Positions 1 to 8,951 of a stretch of DNA of 64,000 nt are shown piece after piece (position 1 is the stretch's first letter; each line of letters starts with the position of its first letter). Source of the stretch: an uncultured Nitrososphaerota archaeon (GTDB taxonomy: Archaea > Thermoproteota > Methanomethylicia > Culexarchaeales > Culexmicrobiaceae); the NCBI GenBank assembly GCA_964462875.1, contig CAYWZQ010000009.1, positions 3,618 to 67,617 of the forward strand. Reading direction: 5' to 3'. The translations under genes were made by a program, and so were the position numbers. Below the pieces are notes generated by a model. That model ran no database searches and was not told the origin of the DNA. It was given only the letters and a program-made list of their open reading frames with translations.

Positions 1-905
1 AGCAAAATTGGGTATCCGAAAAGTGGATGGGTAGTTAGATAATCTAATTTCTCTGAAAGAGTCACCTGCTCAATAGCTTCAATTTTCTGAACTCTAGACA
101 CTATTCTACTTATAATGGAATAGCGTTCTGAAGCAATAATTACTGGTGCCGGCTCTCCATGGAGCTCCTCGAGAGTAGAAGCCAATTCATCAGCTAGCAA
201 CAGGATTAGGGAACCGTTTTCATGGCTTGAAACAACTTTAATAACTTCCTCATCCCTCTCCAAGATTTTAACAGCAATCCATCTCGCAGGATACTTATTA
301 CATAGCTCAGGCATGTTCTTGGAAATAGCCCTCGACAGCACCTGAATTTTCTCTTCAACCTCTCTCCCATATCTGATTTTAAGAGGTTTTAGCTTGACTC
401 TTCCTTCAACAACATCGATTACAGTAGATAAAAGCCTATCCACTCCATAGCCAGTAATTGCCACTGTTGGAATTACTGGTACACCGAGCTCACGCTCCAA
501 GGCATCAACATCTATTTTAATACCCTTCTTAACCGCAACATCCCACAAATTCAATGCTATAACGAGGGGGGCTTCGAGCTCCAGCAATTGAATTGTGAGA
601 TACAAATTTCTCTCCAAGGATGAGGCATCAACAATATTTATAACAACATCAGGCCTCTCAAGAGCAACATATTCTCTAGCCACAATTTCCTCTTGAGAAT
701 AAGCAGAAAGAGAATAAGTTCCAGGTAGATCAAGCACATGAATTTCGTAACCCATATAGTATAACTTGCCCTCAGCTCGCTCAACTGTCTTTCCAGGCCA
801 ATTTCCAACAGTTTGACTAGCACCAGTCAACTGATTGAATATGACACTCTTACCCACATTTGGATTACCAGCTAAAGCTATAGTTATCCTGCGCTTAGCA
901 GGCAA
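1..905 (-). CDS. feoB: Ferrous iron transporter FeoB, N-terminal GTPase part (runs off window start)
   Basis: Manual translation from TTG at 905: MPAKRRITIALAGNPNVGKSVIFNQLTGASQTVGNWPGKTVE, later DLPGTYS; FeoB G-motifs. Absent from the ORF track because it is truncated. Confidence 0.93.
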   Translation of the reverse strand, partial: MPAKRRITIALAGNPNVGKSVIFNQLTGASQTVGNWPGKTVERAEGKLYYMGYEIHVLDLPGTYSLSAYSQEEIVAREYVALERPDVVINIVDASSLERNLYLTIQLLELEAPLVIALNLWDVAVKKGIKIDVDALERELGVPVIPTVAITGYGVDRLLSTVIDVVEGRVKLKPLKIRYGREVEEKIQVLSRAISKNMPELCNKYPARWIAVKILERDEEVIKVVSSHENGSLILLLADELASTLEELHGEPAPVIIASERYSIISRIVSRVQKIEAIEQVTLSEKLDYLTTHPLFGYPIL

Positions 906-907
906 GA

Positions 908-1537
908 CTATTCCTCCACAGTTTTAATAAAAATTCTTGAGGCCACACCTCTCCCTAAAGCCAAGAAACTACCGCGAACCTGAACAATCACTGGGCCACC
1001 AAATGGAGCATTTCTTACAACCGACACCTCTACACCAGGTGTTAATCCCATATCTGCAAGCCTCCTTATGAAACCATAACCACCAACCATAAACGCCACT
1101 ATACCTTTACTACCCGGGGAAAGAGATGAGAGAGGCTTAACATCCTCAATCCTAACATTAAGTGAGCTAAGCTGGCTATGTAAATGGGATAATCCCTCAC
1201 GATCAAGACCATGCCTACTACTCCAATGAGCACTAATATCCTTGCCCCTAAGAAAAGCACTCCACGGATAACTATACTTGTGAACTAGCCGATCATGAAG
1301 AAAACGCTCTCTATGCCTCAAAACCAGTTCGCGACCCCGATCAGTTAAATCATAGCTACTCGAATCTATTAATCCATCCCGAATAGCAAGCTCAATAGCC
1401 CTAACAACACTATCAACCTTAACACCCAATCTCTCAGCAATAAGCTCCGGAGTAGGCTTCAAATTTCTAGATTTAAGTAGTAATATGACTTCAAGTATAC
1501 ATGGAAGCAGCCTTCTAATCCTCCTCTTAAAAATCAC
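908..1537 (-). CDS. DtxR-like winged-helix metal regulator fused to a C-terminal FeoA domain
   Basis: N-terminal HTH (IAERLGVKVDSVVRAI..YDLTDRG), His-rich middle, FeoA signature RRLADMGLTPG..APFGGP..ALGRGVASRIF; directly upstream of feoB. Confidence 0.8.
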   Translation of the reverse strand: MIFKRRIRRLLPCILEVILLLKSRNLKPTPELIAERLGVKVDSVVRAIELAIRDGLIDSSSYDLTDRGRELVLRHRERFLHDRLVHKYSYPWSAFLRGKDISAHWSSRHGLDREGLSHLHSQLSSLNVRIEDVKPLSSLSPGSKGIVAFMVGGYGFIRRLADMGLTPGVEVSVVRNAPFGGPVIVQVRGSFLALGRGVASRIFIKTVEE

Positions 1538-1603
1538 CCTAACACCTCCATTAGTCAGCAGTATTCTAGGATGTGGTGACCACCTATTGTGTGCGCTCAG
1601 CCA

Positions 1604-1621
1604 TTTTCGGTTAACCTAAAA
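1604..1621. promoter_or_regulatory. Putative DtxR-family operator
   Basis: TTTTCGGTTAACCTAAAA, 18-bp palindrome with one mismatched pair, between an AT-rich TATA-like element (about 1628-1638, minus strand) and the dtxR-feoA start. Confidence 0.6.
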
Positions 1622-1645
1622 ATTATGTAATATATTTTGCGACTT

Positions 1646-4108
1646 CTACCTCAAAACCTCTATATGACTTATCCCAGAGTCATCCTTGTACACATGAACT
1701 TGCGCCTCAAAATAAGGGTTATCCCTTACTTCATCAACATGAGATATCACAATTATCTTCTCATAATCCCTTTGCAACTCATTAAGCGTCTTTAACAGTT
1801 CTTCTCTAAACTCACTACTTAAAGGACCGAAGCCCTCATCAATTATTAGGAAACGCGGTGAAACACCAGCCTTCTCAGCTAAAGCCCTAGCTATACCAAG
1901 CCTAATAGCAAAACCTAGGAGCACAGTTTCTCCGCCTGAGTAGGTTGTTAAATCTCTAATCTGGGCACCATCATAGACTATTATTGAAACCTCATCTTCT
2001 CCAGCCTCAATTTTAATGCTCTTACCAGGTAGAAACCTGGAGACATAGCCATCTGCCCAATACTCAACCCTTTCGAGAAAAGCTCTCAGCATAGTTAGAG
2101 GCAGTCCCTTCTCATGGAAAATATATTTATACAAGTAGCTGAGAGCACTAATTCTCTTTTCCAGTTCAGCTATCTTAGCATCCAGCTCTTTAACGCGGCT
2201 CTTCTTATGCTCCAATTCTTGAAGTTGCTGCTTCATTTGCTCCAATCTAGCTTTACATTTATACATTTCACTCATACTTGCTTCAAGCAATTTCTCAACC
2301 TCGGCAAGCTTATCAGCAACCTCTTTGAGGGAGCTTTGAAGCATAGAAAAATCACTGTGAAGTTTAGGAAGCACCTTAACCTCGTTAATTAACTGATTAG
2401 CTTCAGCTTCCAATTCAACTTTCAATCTTCTCAATGACTCAATATTGACTATGCTAGTCTTCACTTTCATCAATTTATTTGAGCACTCTTCAAGCATTCC
2501 CCTACAAGTATTCAATTTACTTTCGGCATCTCCTACACCAACATATTCACCAAATAGCAACTTATACTGCTGAGAAATCTCATTGAATTTAGATTCCAAT
2601 TCACTAATCCTGATTTCACTCTCCCTTAACTCAACAATTAGAGATTTCAGCTCAGTTAATTGCCTATTTAACTGATTTTTCTTTTCAATTAACTTGGCAA
2701 GTTCCTTCTCCCTTAATCTCAAAGTCTCCTCCAAATTTTTCAGCTTATTGACCTCAACCACTAACTTCCTATGCTCATTTTCAAGTAAAGCTATATTCCC
2801 ATTTATCTCATTAAGCTCCTCCCTCAAATGAAATACTGCTTCTCCAGCACGCTCCCTAGTTAATACAGTTTTACATACCGGACAAACAACTTCCTCCCCC
2901 TCAAATTCCTCAAGCGCCCTTATGCTTTCCTCTATATACTTGGAATAGCCACGTAAATTCGAAATCTCTGTCTTTATTCTCTCCAATTCATCATTTAAAT
3001 AACTCATTTTACGTATATTATTTTCAATAGTTTTAATTTCACTATTCAAATCATTTATCCTATCCAGTGTTACTTTGAGTTCTTCTTCGATCTCATTTTT
3101 CCTCGCCAGTAACTGAGCTCTGTTTTTAATGGATTCCCTAAGCAATAATATCTCTCTTTCTATGTTTGAAAGATTCTCCAGCATTGAAATCCTATGCTTC
3201 AATTTCCTATACTCATTTTCGATCTCTTTTTCCATTCTAGCTAGCTCTATGCAACCTCTTAACTCAGCATTTATCTGTTTCAGCTTATCCTCAATATTAG
3301 CAAGCTTCTGCTTCTTATCTTCCAATTGCTCGATTTCACTTTTAATGGCTGAAATTCTTTCTTGAAGAATGCTCTTAGCATTACTTAACTTTTCCCTTTC
3401 TCCTTTTAAGGTGGCCACCTTCTTCTCTAATGACATAAATTTGGATTCAAGCTCTACTACCTTCCTCTTAATTTCATTTTCCAAATGTATATCTCTAAGT
3501 AAAAGCTCCCTTTCCTTTTTAAACTGCTCTAGCTGGCCCTTAAGCATATCATGTAATTCCTTAGCCTTATCCTTATGCTTCTTGAAGTCTATGTCGAAGG
3601 CTCTCAAGAAAATATTTCTCCTCTCTGATGGAGATACATCCCTACTAATCAGCTCTGCAACCCTACCCTGCCTAACAACCACGGTATTTATGAAAGTCTT
3701 GAAGTCCATGCCTATTAGCTTCGCCAATTCACTTTCAACAGCTCTTATTCCAGATGCTATTAGCTCCTTCACCCTGCCAAGATCATCTAATTTATATAGC
3801 ATTGCCCTTGCATCACCGCTCTTCTCGAGTACTCTAATAACCCTATATCTGGATCCATCATTCAATGTGAAGTCAACTTCAACCTTTGACCTTGAAGCCC
3901 ACGTTGGAATCACGTATTTAGCATACTTCTTCTCGGATTGACCATAAGCTCTACCATAAAATGCCAGTGTTATAGCATCAACAAAAAATGTCGTCTTTCC
4001 AGCTCCAGTGCTACCAAAAACTGAAATTGTTGAACCAAGCCTATCAAGATCTAACTCTGCCCTTCTGTAGGTCGCGAAGTTTTCAACCTTAATCTTATTT
4101 ATTATCAA
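1646..4108 (-). CDS. rad50: Rad50/SbcC SMC-like ATPase
   Basis: Walker A GSTGAGKTT, Q-loop VRQG, long coiled coil with CPVC zinc hook, signature YSGGE, Walker B IIDEGFG, ISH; likely start TTG 4108. Confidence 0.93.
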   Translation of the reverse strand: MIINKIKVENFATYRRAELDLDRLGSTISVFGSTGAGKTTFFVDAITLAFYGRAYGQSEKKYAKYVIPTWASRSKVEVDFTLNDGSRYRVIRVLEKSGDARAMLYKLDDLGRVKELIASGIRAVESELAKLIGMDFKTFINTVVVRQGRVAELISRDVSPSERRNIFLRAFDIDFKKHKDKAKELHDMLKGQLEQFKKERELLLRDIHLENEIKRKVVELESKFMSLEKKVATLKGEREKLSNAKSILQERISAIKSEIEQLEDKKQKLANIEDKLKQINAELRGCIELARMEKEIENEYRKLKHRISMLENLSNIEREILLLRESIKNRAQLLARKNEIEEELKVTLDRINDLNSEIKTIENNIRKMSYLNDELERIKTEISNLRGYSKYIEESIRALEEFEGEEVVCPVCKTVLTRERAGEAVFHLREELNEINGNIALLENEHRKLVVEVNKLKNLEETLRLREKELAKLIEKKNQLNRQLTELKSLIVELRESEIRISELESKFNEISQQYKLLFGEYVGVGDAESKLNTCRGMLEECSNKLMKVKTSIVNIESLRRLKVELEAEANQLINEVKVLPKLHSDFSMLQSSLKEVADKLAEVEKLLEASMSEMYKCKARLEQMKQQLQELEHKKSRVKELDAKIAELEKRISALSYLYKYIFHEKGLPLTMLRAFLERVEYWADGYVSRFLPGKSIKIEAGEDEVSIIVYDGAQIRDLTTYSGGETVLLGFAIRLGIARALAEKAGVSPRFLIIDEGFGPLSSEFREELLKTLNELQRDYEKIIVISHVDEVRDNPYFEAQVHVYKDDSGISHIEVLR

Positions 4109-4109
4109 T

Positions 4110-5348
4110 TCACTCGCCCCTCTCAACTTCATCGATTATTCTAAGGCCTTCACTAATTATCAGCTCAACAACATCCTTCGATAATGAAAGCACTCTCCTC
4201 TTTACAAACACCTTCTCAACATATTCACGGAAAGCCTCCCTAACATCCCTAAAGCTCCCTGAAGATACTATGCACTTAACCCTCACTCTTTGAGGTTCAA
4301 TAAACCAGTGAAGTACATTTATGCTCTTCATGTACTTGCTCACTTCACTCCTATCAATGCCCCTACCATAGGGTAGCTTCACTCTCAATCTTAAAATTGC
4401 TCCATCAGGGATCTTGACTCTTGAAAGAAGCTCAATTAATTTTCGTGTTGGATTAAGTGCACCTGTTAAATCGAAAAATTCCTCCGCATAACCATATTTT
4501 TCTCTAGGAAGCGTAATCAGCGGTCTACATGGAAGCTTAATGAAAGCTGAAGATAAATCACCACCAGCCTCCTCAACTAAAACAACTCCCTTCTCCTCAT
4601 CCTCCTCTCCAAAGTTTATCCTCTCTATAGATCCAGAGTAAATTACTGAACTCGATACTTCTTGATGATAATGAATATGGCCTAAAGCAGTATAGCTAAC
4701 TCTATTATTAATGAACACATGCTTTGGAATGGCAATATCGTATAGCGGTATATATGGTCCATAAGATTCGCTAGGCCCTATTTTCGCACCTTCAACATAG
4801 AAATGCGCTACCGTAACTATATAGTCACATTCCCCAATTGAACTTACAAGTCTACTTAAAGTTGCATCTATAGCATTGACGTAGGCTGCTCTCTCACCAG
4901 CAGTAGGCGGTAAATATGGAAGGCATATGAAGCCAACTTTCCTGCCACTTCTGCTACCCTTCAAAACTAATTTACATGGCTTTTTAATGTAATAGAAGTT
5001 TGGCGCCCTGGCTTCATGGAGAGCCTTAATATAGGCCTCGGTTCTCGTTGTTCTAGGCTGATCATGATTGCCAGCCACAACAATAGTATATATGTCCTTC
5101 TCAGCTAGACTTGCAATAAATCTTGAAAATTCATTCAAGAGTAAGCCGCTCGGCCTAAGTGAATGGAAAACATCCCCAGCAATAATTAAGAAATCACATT
5201 CATTTTCAACTGCTAATTTCCTAATTCTCCATAACTGCTCAATGAAATCCCTATCCCTCTTTTGAATAACTAATGAATTGAAACCTGCACCTCTAACTCC
5301 AACACCTAAGTGAAAATCAGCTGTATGCAGAATTTTAAGTTTAGTCAA
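4110..5348 (-). CDS. mre11: Mre11/SbcD nuclease
   Basis: Phosphoesterase motifs HTADFHLG, AGDVFH, AGNHD, AH, LGHIH, YSGS; likely start TTG 5348 (track ORF extends to 5441). Confidence 0.93.
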   Translation of the reverse strand: MTKLKILHTADFHLGVGVRGAGFNSLVIQKRDRDFIEQLWRIRKLAVENECDFLIIAGDVFHSLRPSGLLLNEFSRFIASLAEKDIYTIVVAGNHDQPRTTRTEAYIKALHEARAPNFYYIKKPCKLVLKGSRSGRKVGFICLPYLPPTAGERAAYVNAIDATLSRLVSSIGECDYIVTVAHFYVEGAKIGPSESYGPYIPLYDIAIPKHVFINNRVSYTALGHIHYHQEVSSSVIYSGSIERINFGEEDEEKGVVLVEEAGGDLSSAFIKLPCRPLITLPREKYGYAEEFFDLTGALNPTRKLIELLSRVKIPDGAILRLRVKLPYGRGIDRSEVSKYMKSINVLHWFIEPQRVRVKCIVSSGSFRDVREAFREYVEKVFVKRRVLSLSKDVVELIISEGLRIIDEVERGE

Positions 5349-7041
5349 TTGTTTGCTCCTCCTTGTAACCATAGGCTTCAAAAAGCTTATCTGATTCATC
5401 TCTTCTAATAAGCTCGCTATAGATTCCTTTGGCCTCCTCAATAGCTTCTCTATAATCCCTTACAGTTACAACTGAAGGAACACTTATTGCCTCACCAAAA
5501 ATGAGCACTTCCCTTCTCCTCAAGCTCTCTATTACTGGCTTAAATAGCTTAGAATGCGGTAGACCTTTAGAGGCTGCCTCAATATCTGAATCCTCCGTCA
5601 AGCACATGACGAAATTATTCCATAGCATGGCCCTAGCATCTTCAAAGATTTGGGAGGGCCTTTGATCTATAATGCATAGAATTATACCTCTCTTCCTCAG
5701 CTCCCTAGCTATATTTCCGAATGGGGTCATGTAGTAGACATTGGGACCGAGAAACTTATGCGCCTCTTCTAAGAAGATCACAACCCTATACTTCAGCCTC
5801 TCTCCACTCATGATCCTCCGAATACACTCATTCCACAGCCTCCTAGCAATTATATTTGCAATTAACATGTAAGCAACCCTATCATCACCATATCTACCAA
5901 AGCTTATAATAACACTCCTATCTCCCCTAAGCAACTCTTCAACTACACGATAAGCGGAATCCTCTTCAAACTCACCTTCCCAATCTATGAACTCATAATT
6001 ACTAAGCCTGGCAAGCTTACCCCTAGCAGATAGAAGAGATGTCAATGCACCAATACCATACTTCTCTCTAATCCTCCTCCTAACACTTTCATCACGCGAT
6101 TCAGGTATGAAACCACATAAAGCCTTCAACCACTCATCACCAAACATGTCCCTAAGCAAGCTCGAAAATGAAGGTAGCAAGTCCATGAAAGCCCTCGTTA
6201 ATCCAAGAGCCTCACCGGACGCTATCAGGTCACTGACCATAATACTTCTATAGTCCAGCTTAAACGCATCTAAACCAGCTTCTCTAGCCAACACCTCATC
6301 CGGCGTTAACCTCAGGAAATCATATTTAAAAGCTAAGCCAACACCATCAGCATACTCCTCACCAAGCTGATCCTTAACCTTTAACCCATACTCGCTATGC
6401 ATGTCAAAAATTAGAAGCTTAACCTTCTTCTCAAATGCACCAGCATAATTGGCCAATAAAATGTATGTGGCAATCAAGTTTCCAAGAAAAGTTTTTCCAG
6501 TACCGCTCTTACCAAAAATTCCGAAGCAACCTCTAACCAAAGCATCAATATTTATTGGTATACTTGCACGCAATTCCTTAGTTGCAATTGGAGTTTTAGG
6601 AGCACCTATATACCATAGCTTCTTCAAATCAGCTTTGCCATAAAACCTCTCAATATCACTTGCCGACGGCACACCAACAGGAGACATTAATTCCGGTATA
6701 CTATCAGCTCTATCAACAACTCCACTCCTAGATACAGCTATTGGAATCAATGTAAGCTCAGCACCAAGAACACCTTGACGCTTAAGTTGAGAAGCAGCAA
6801 CCTCCTGAGCCACTCTTAAATTATTTGAGGAGCCATTCTCACTCCTAGTCAAAAAGTCGGCAATTTCAGTTCCAGACTTCAACTGCAAGTCCGAGATCAA
6901 CGCCAAATACCTATTCTTCACACCGGAAACAACAGCAATAGAACTCGTTCTAATATCCTCGGGGGAATAGCTACTTAGAATCCTAGCCTCCAAGCCTCTA
7001 CTCAAACTACCACCAGTAATTCTAGCAAAAAAATCCTCCAA
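5341..7041 (-). CDS. herA: HerA DNA translocase/helicase
   Basis: N-terminal barrel, Walker A GKSGTGKT, FDMHSEY, Walker B LEEAH, ARELRKRG, DQRP. Confidence 0.92.
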   Translation of the reverse strand: MEDFFARITGGSLSRGLEARILSSYSPEDIRTSSIAVVSGVKNRYLALISDLQLKSGTEIADFLTRSENGSSNNLRVAQEVAASQLKRQGVLGAELTLIPIAVSRSGVVDRADSIPELMSPVGVPSASDIERFYGKADLKKLWYIGAPKTPIATKELRASIPINIDALVRGCFGIFGKSGTGKTFLGNLIATYILLANYAGAFEKKVKLLIFDMHSEYGLKVKDQLGEEYADGVGLAFKYDFLRLTPDEVLAREAGLDAFKLDYRSIMVSDLIASGEALGLTRAFMDLLPSFSSLLRDMFGDEWLKALCGFIPESRDESVRRRIREKYGIGALTSLLSARGKLARLSNYEFIDWEGEFEEDSAYRVVEELLRGDRSVIISFGRYGDDRVAYMLIANIIARRLWNECIRRIMSGERLKYRVVIFLEEAHKFLGPNVYYMTPFGNIARELRKRGIILCIIDQRPSQIFEDARAMLWNNFVMCLTEDSDIEAASKGLPHSKLFKPVIESLRRREVLIFGEAISVPSVVTVRDYREAIEEAKGIYSELIRRDESDKLFEAYGYKEEQTID

Positions 7042-7043
7042 AA

Positions 7044-7706
7044 CTAACCCTCCACCAATATTCTCCTAGCCCTATCAAGCACAATTGATATATTTGAGTC
7101 AACACCCCATCTAGCTATCGAAGCCGAAATCGACTTAAACAATTGAATTCGCTCATCAGAGCTAAACTTTTCAGCTAGAATTGAAAAGAAGGCTTCAGCT
7201 AGAAAGGCGAACTCCTTTACACCCAATATGTGGACTATTAAGGGCACATAATCAGCTTTAAGCTCACCATTAATCCTATGAAAAGCCCTAATGAAATCAT
7301 CACCCGGTATGAATGCCAAGTCATGTATTAGCGGCTTCCTTCTAGGCCTTGAATGATAGAATCTACCATTACGATACCAGCCAATTGATATTGCATGATA
7401 AGTGTCAATTAATCGGTCCTCTAAATCAGGATACCTACTTTTGACCTCACTCCTAGAAGCCCTCATTGGAGCAGGTATTGACTGAAGCCCAGGTGCAACA
7501 GTCATTTCAGATTGATGTACAAGCCCAATGGTTAGATGCGTGCCACAGTTAACTACAATTATTGAGCCATACTCCGGAGTTAAATCATAACCATATTTGT
7601 AAGCTCTAACCTTGAAAGAATAACTGTTAGATTCATATACTTCGCCAAATGCATTTTCAGGACTTGAATAGTAACTTAGCCAATCAACGAACTCCCTAGG
7701 CAACAT
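7044..7706 (-). CDS. Stand-alone HAS-barrel-like protein (HerA/NurA associated)
   Basis: 220 aa between nurA and herA; beta-rich N-terminus FGEVYESNSYSFKV..PEYGSIIVV and P..KPLIHD motif resemble HAS-barrel proteins. Confidence 0.6.
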   Translation of the reverse strand: MLPREFVDWLSYYSSPENAFGEVYESNSYSFKVRAYKYGYDLTPEYGSIIVVNCGTHLTIGLVHQSEMTVAPGLQSIPAPMRASRSEVKSRYPDLEDRLIDTYHAISIGWYRNGRFYHSRPRRKPLIHDLAFIPGDDFIRAFHRINGELKADYVPLIVHILGVKEFAFLAEAFFSILAEKFSSDERIQLFKSISASIARWGVDSNISIVLDRARRILVEG

Positions 7707-7738
7707 CTACACCAAAATAAATGATACGGGTGAGCTAA

Positions 7739-8929
7739 TTAAAGTACTCCCCTAATTTTACGCTTAAACTTACCCGAAAGAACTATGCCTGAGCCTCCAT
7801 GACTCCTAATCAGCTTATCTATGTAACTAAGAACCCATCTACGCTCCCTAGAACTTATATAGGCCTCTTCGTGAGCTCTTTCAAGAACATAAGGATATCC
7901 CCTACCAATAATAGATTGGGCAAGCACTACATCTCGGATTACATCAACATAATTCAAACACCATTCTGGAAACTCGACCCTGACAACATTATCACTACTC
8001 AGCTTAAGATAGAAACTCACAATTTTAAAGTGAGGCATGCTAAGAGTAACCGGGTTCAATACTCCAAAAATTGGAGAACACCAGCCCACATCCAGAGCTC
8101 TATTCATTAAAATCGAATCTCTAACAAAAGAAAATTTACTGCAAACTTTCTCACTACTGGCGCAACTCCTACATTCTAAACCACTACATGCAACAAGCTT
8201 TACAATTGAACGCACCAATGCTTTAGACCTAGTATAGAAGACACCAACAGGTATTACATTTAAATCCCTAAGCCTACATAGGAGATCCCACATTGCACGG
8301 GCAACTCTAACTCTAAACTTCCTATCTCTCGTCATGAGATAACTCAATGAAAAGCTCTCATCGAAAAGCACAATTTTATGCTCAACGCCCTTTATGAGGT
8401 CAGCAACATTACTTATCACAGCCAGCTCATTTTCAATTCTCTTAACTTCCAATACCCATGACGGCAGCCTCCTCACGCCTTCAAACTCCTCCGCCAGCTC
8501 ACTATAAATATAGAAGTTGGGGCGACTGCCATTGATGTGATTGGGTTTCTCGCCATAGATTATTGCTTGGAAGCCAACATTAACCAATAGGAATAAGGGA
8601 GCTATGTGAGGAGTTGGTGCAATCTCGCTCGTATCAACACCAATAACGCAGCAATTACTTAAAGCTCTTAGGGCCCATTCATGATCAATAACATCACCAT
8701 ATTTAGGATTTGGAGGAGAAATTTCAGGGCGATAAATTGGATAGGCGAGCTCCCTAAACCTCTTAACTAGAAAATCTATTTCATTCTCCATGCAAGTCAG
8801 ATTTGAAAACCTCAGTTTCATCAAATAATCAACCAGCTCATCTGTAATGTCAGGATATTTCTTTAACTCCTTACTGAGAAGCCCTATTTTACTTTTAATT
8901 TGAACTTGAACTCTAGGAATATCCAGCAT
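7739..8929 (-). CDS. nurA: NurA 5'-3' nuclease
   Basis: GVDTS, LFDES, RVEFPEW, GYPYVLERAHEEA motifs; context with herA, mre11 and rad50. Confidence 0.88.
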   Translation of the reverse strand: MLDIPRVQVQIKSKIGLLSKELKKYPDITDELVDYLMKLRFSNLTCMENEIDFLVKRFRELAYPIYRPEISPPNPKYGDVIDHEWALRALSNCCVIGVDTSEIAPTPHIAPLFLLVNVGFQAIIYGEKPNHINGSRPNFYIYSELAEEFEGVRRLPSWVLEVKRIENELAVISNVADLIKGVEHKIVLFDESFSLSYLMTRDRKFRVRVARAMWDLLCRLRDLNVIPVGVFYTRSKALVRSIVKLVACSGLECRSCASSEKVCSKFSFVRDSILMNRALDVGWCSPIFGVLNPVTLSMPHFKIVSFYLKLSSDNVVRVEFPEWCLNYVDVIRDVVLAQSIIGRGYPYVLERAHEEAYISSRERRWVLSYIDKLIRSHGGSGIVLSGKFKRKIRGVL

Positions 8930-8951
8930 TTCACTTCAACCCAACACCTAT

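Noticed and set aside
2114..3941. Plus-strand ORFs (92-190 aa) inside rad50, and similar antisense ORFs across the window
   Set aside because: Fully nested opposite well-supported genes; Ser/Leu/Phe-rich shadows of Glu/Lys-rich coding strands; no motifs.
5349..5441. N-terminal extension of mre11 in the ORF track
   Set aside because: Overlaps herA by about 100 nt; TTG at 5348 with a GGAGGAG-like SD gives a normal N-terminus.
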